Position numbers and translations under genes: made by a program. The notes under the pieces were generated by a model. That model made no database searches, was not told the DNA's origin, and was given only the letters and a program-made list of their open reading frames with translations. Below are positions 53,310 through 53,624 of a stretch of 53,624 nucleotides of DNA, in pieces (the first letter of the stretch is position 1; the number at the start of each line of letters is the position of its first letter). The stretch lies in IMG/VR virus record IMGVR_UViG_3300035018_000016, positions 1-53,624 of that record; one strand, given 5' to 3'. The DNA is from a virus. Its lineage: Duplodnaviria > Caudoviricetes.

Positions 53310-53450
53310 ACTGCCTTCGCGTGTCTGGCTGCTCGCGGCCTTCGCCGCCGGCGTCGCGGTCGCCGCGGCGGCCGTGGGGTTCGTGGTGACGACACCGCTG
53401 ATCTGGGAGTGGCTGCCGATATGAGCGCGATGCGACAGGTGCACGGCTAC

Positions 53451-53624
53451 ATGAACGGCGGCGACCTGGTCGCCTTCCTGCTGATGATCGCCGGCGCCGT
53501 GCTGGCCGTGGTTCTGGCGGTCGTGGCGTTGGGCGTCATGGTCGCCGATCGGTCGGCTTCGGCCTGGTGGTGGTCGGCACTCGTCAGTTTCGCCGTCAGC
53601 TTCTTTTCCTGGCTGTACCTCTGA
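53451..53624 (+). CDS. Small two-TM membrane protein (start uncertain)
   Basis: Very hydrophobic 57-aa ORF ending in TGA at the window end. Confidence 0.5.
   Translation: MNGGDLVAFLLMIAGAVLAVVLAVVALGVMVADRSASAWWWSALVSFAVSFFSWLYL

Larger units (their letters stand above)
3438..53624. mobile_element. Temperate prophage (lambda-like head, Mu-like contractile tail) integrated at tRNA-Arg(CCG); right end lies outside the window
   Basis: tRNA-derived att, integrase, cI/cro, replication, terminase, head, tail and lysis modules in canonical order. Confidence 0.95.

Noticed and set aside
53311-53424. Hydrophobic reading frame after the o-spanin (..VWLLAAFAAGVAVAAAAVGFVVTTPLIWEWLPI*)
   Set aside because: Looks like a TM peptide, but I found no convincing in-frame start codon or RBS, so it was not called.

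Overview
High-GC (roughly 68-70% by eye) alphaproteobacterial-type DNA. Bases 1-~3430 are host chromosome: an adenylate/guanylate cyclase and small membrane/lipoprotein genes. A 47-bp 3' fragment of tRNA-Arg(CCG) at 3438-3484 marks the left attachment site of a prophage of at least 50 kb that runs off the right end of the window. The prophage has a tyrosine integrase, a leftward early operon, a lambda-like cI/cro switch with 17-bp operators, primase and helicase with a putative iteron origin, a cos-like site, a ParB/methyltransferase cassette, a lambda-type head, a Mu-type contractile tail, a RelE/HigA-type toxin-antitoxin insert and a holin/amidase/spanin lysis cassette. The strongest unexplained signal is a 13-bp palindrome, CGAACG(C/G)CGTTCG. 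I found 17 exact and 2 single-mismatch copies spaced about every 1-5 kb across the prophage and none in the short host flank. The prophage also encodes an XRE-HTH/ParB-CTPase fusion with no ParA in the window. Together these resemble the IncP KorB/O_B system and may be an undescribed prophage-wide DNA-clamp system. All calls come from motif recognition by eye; no database searches were run.
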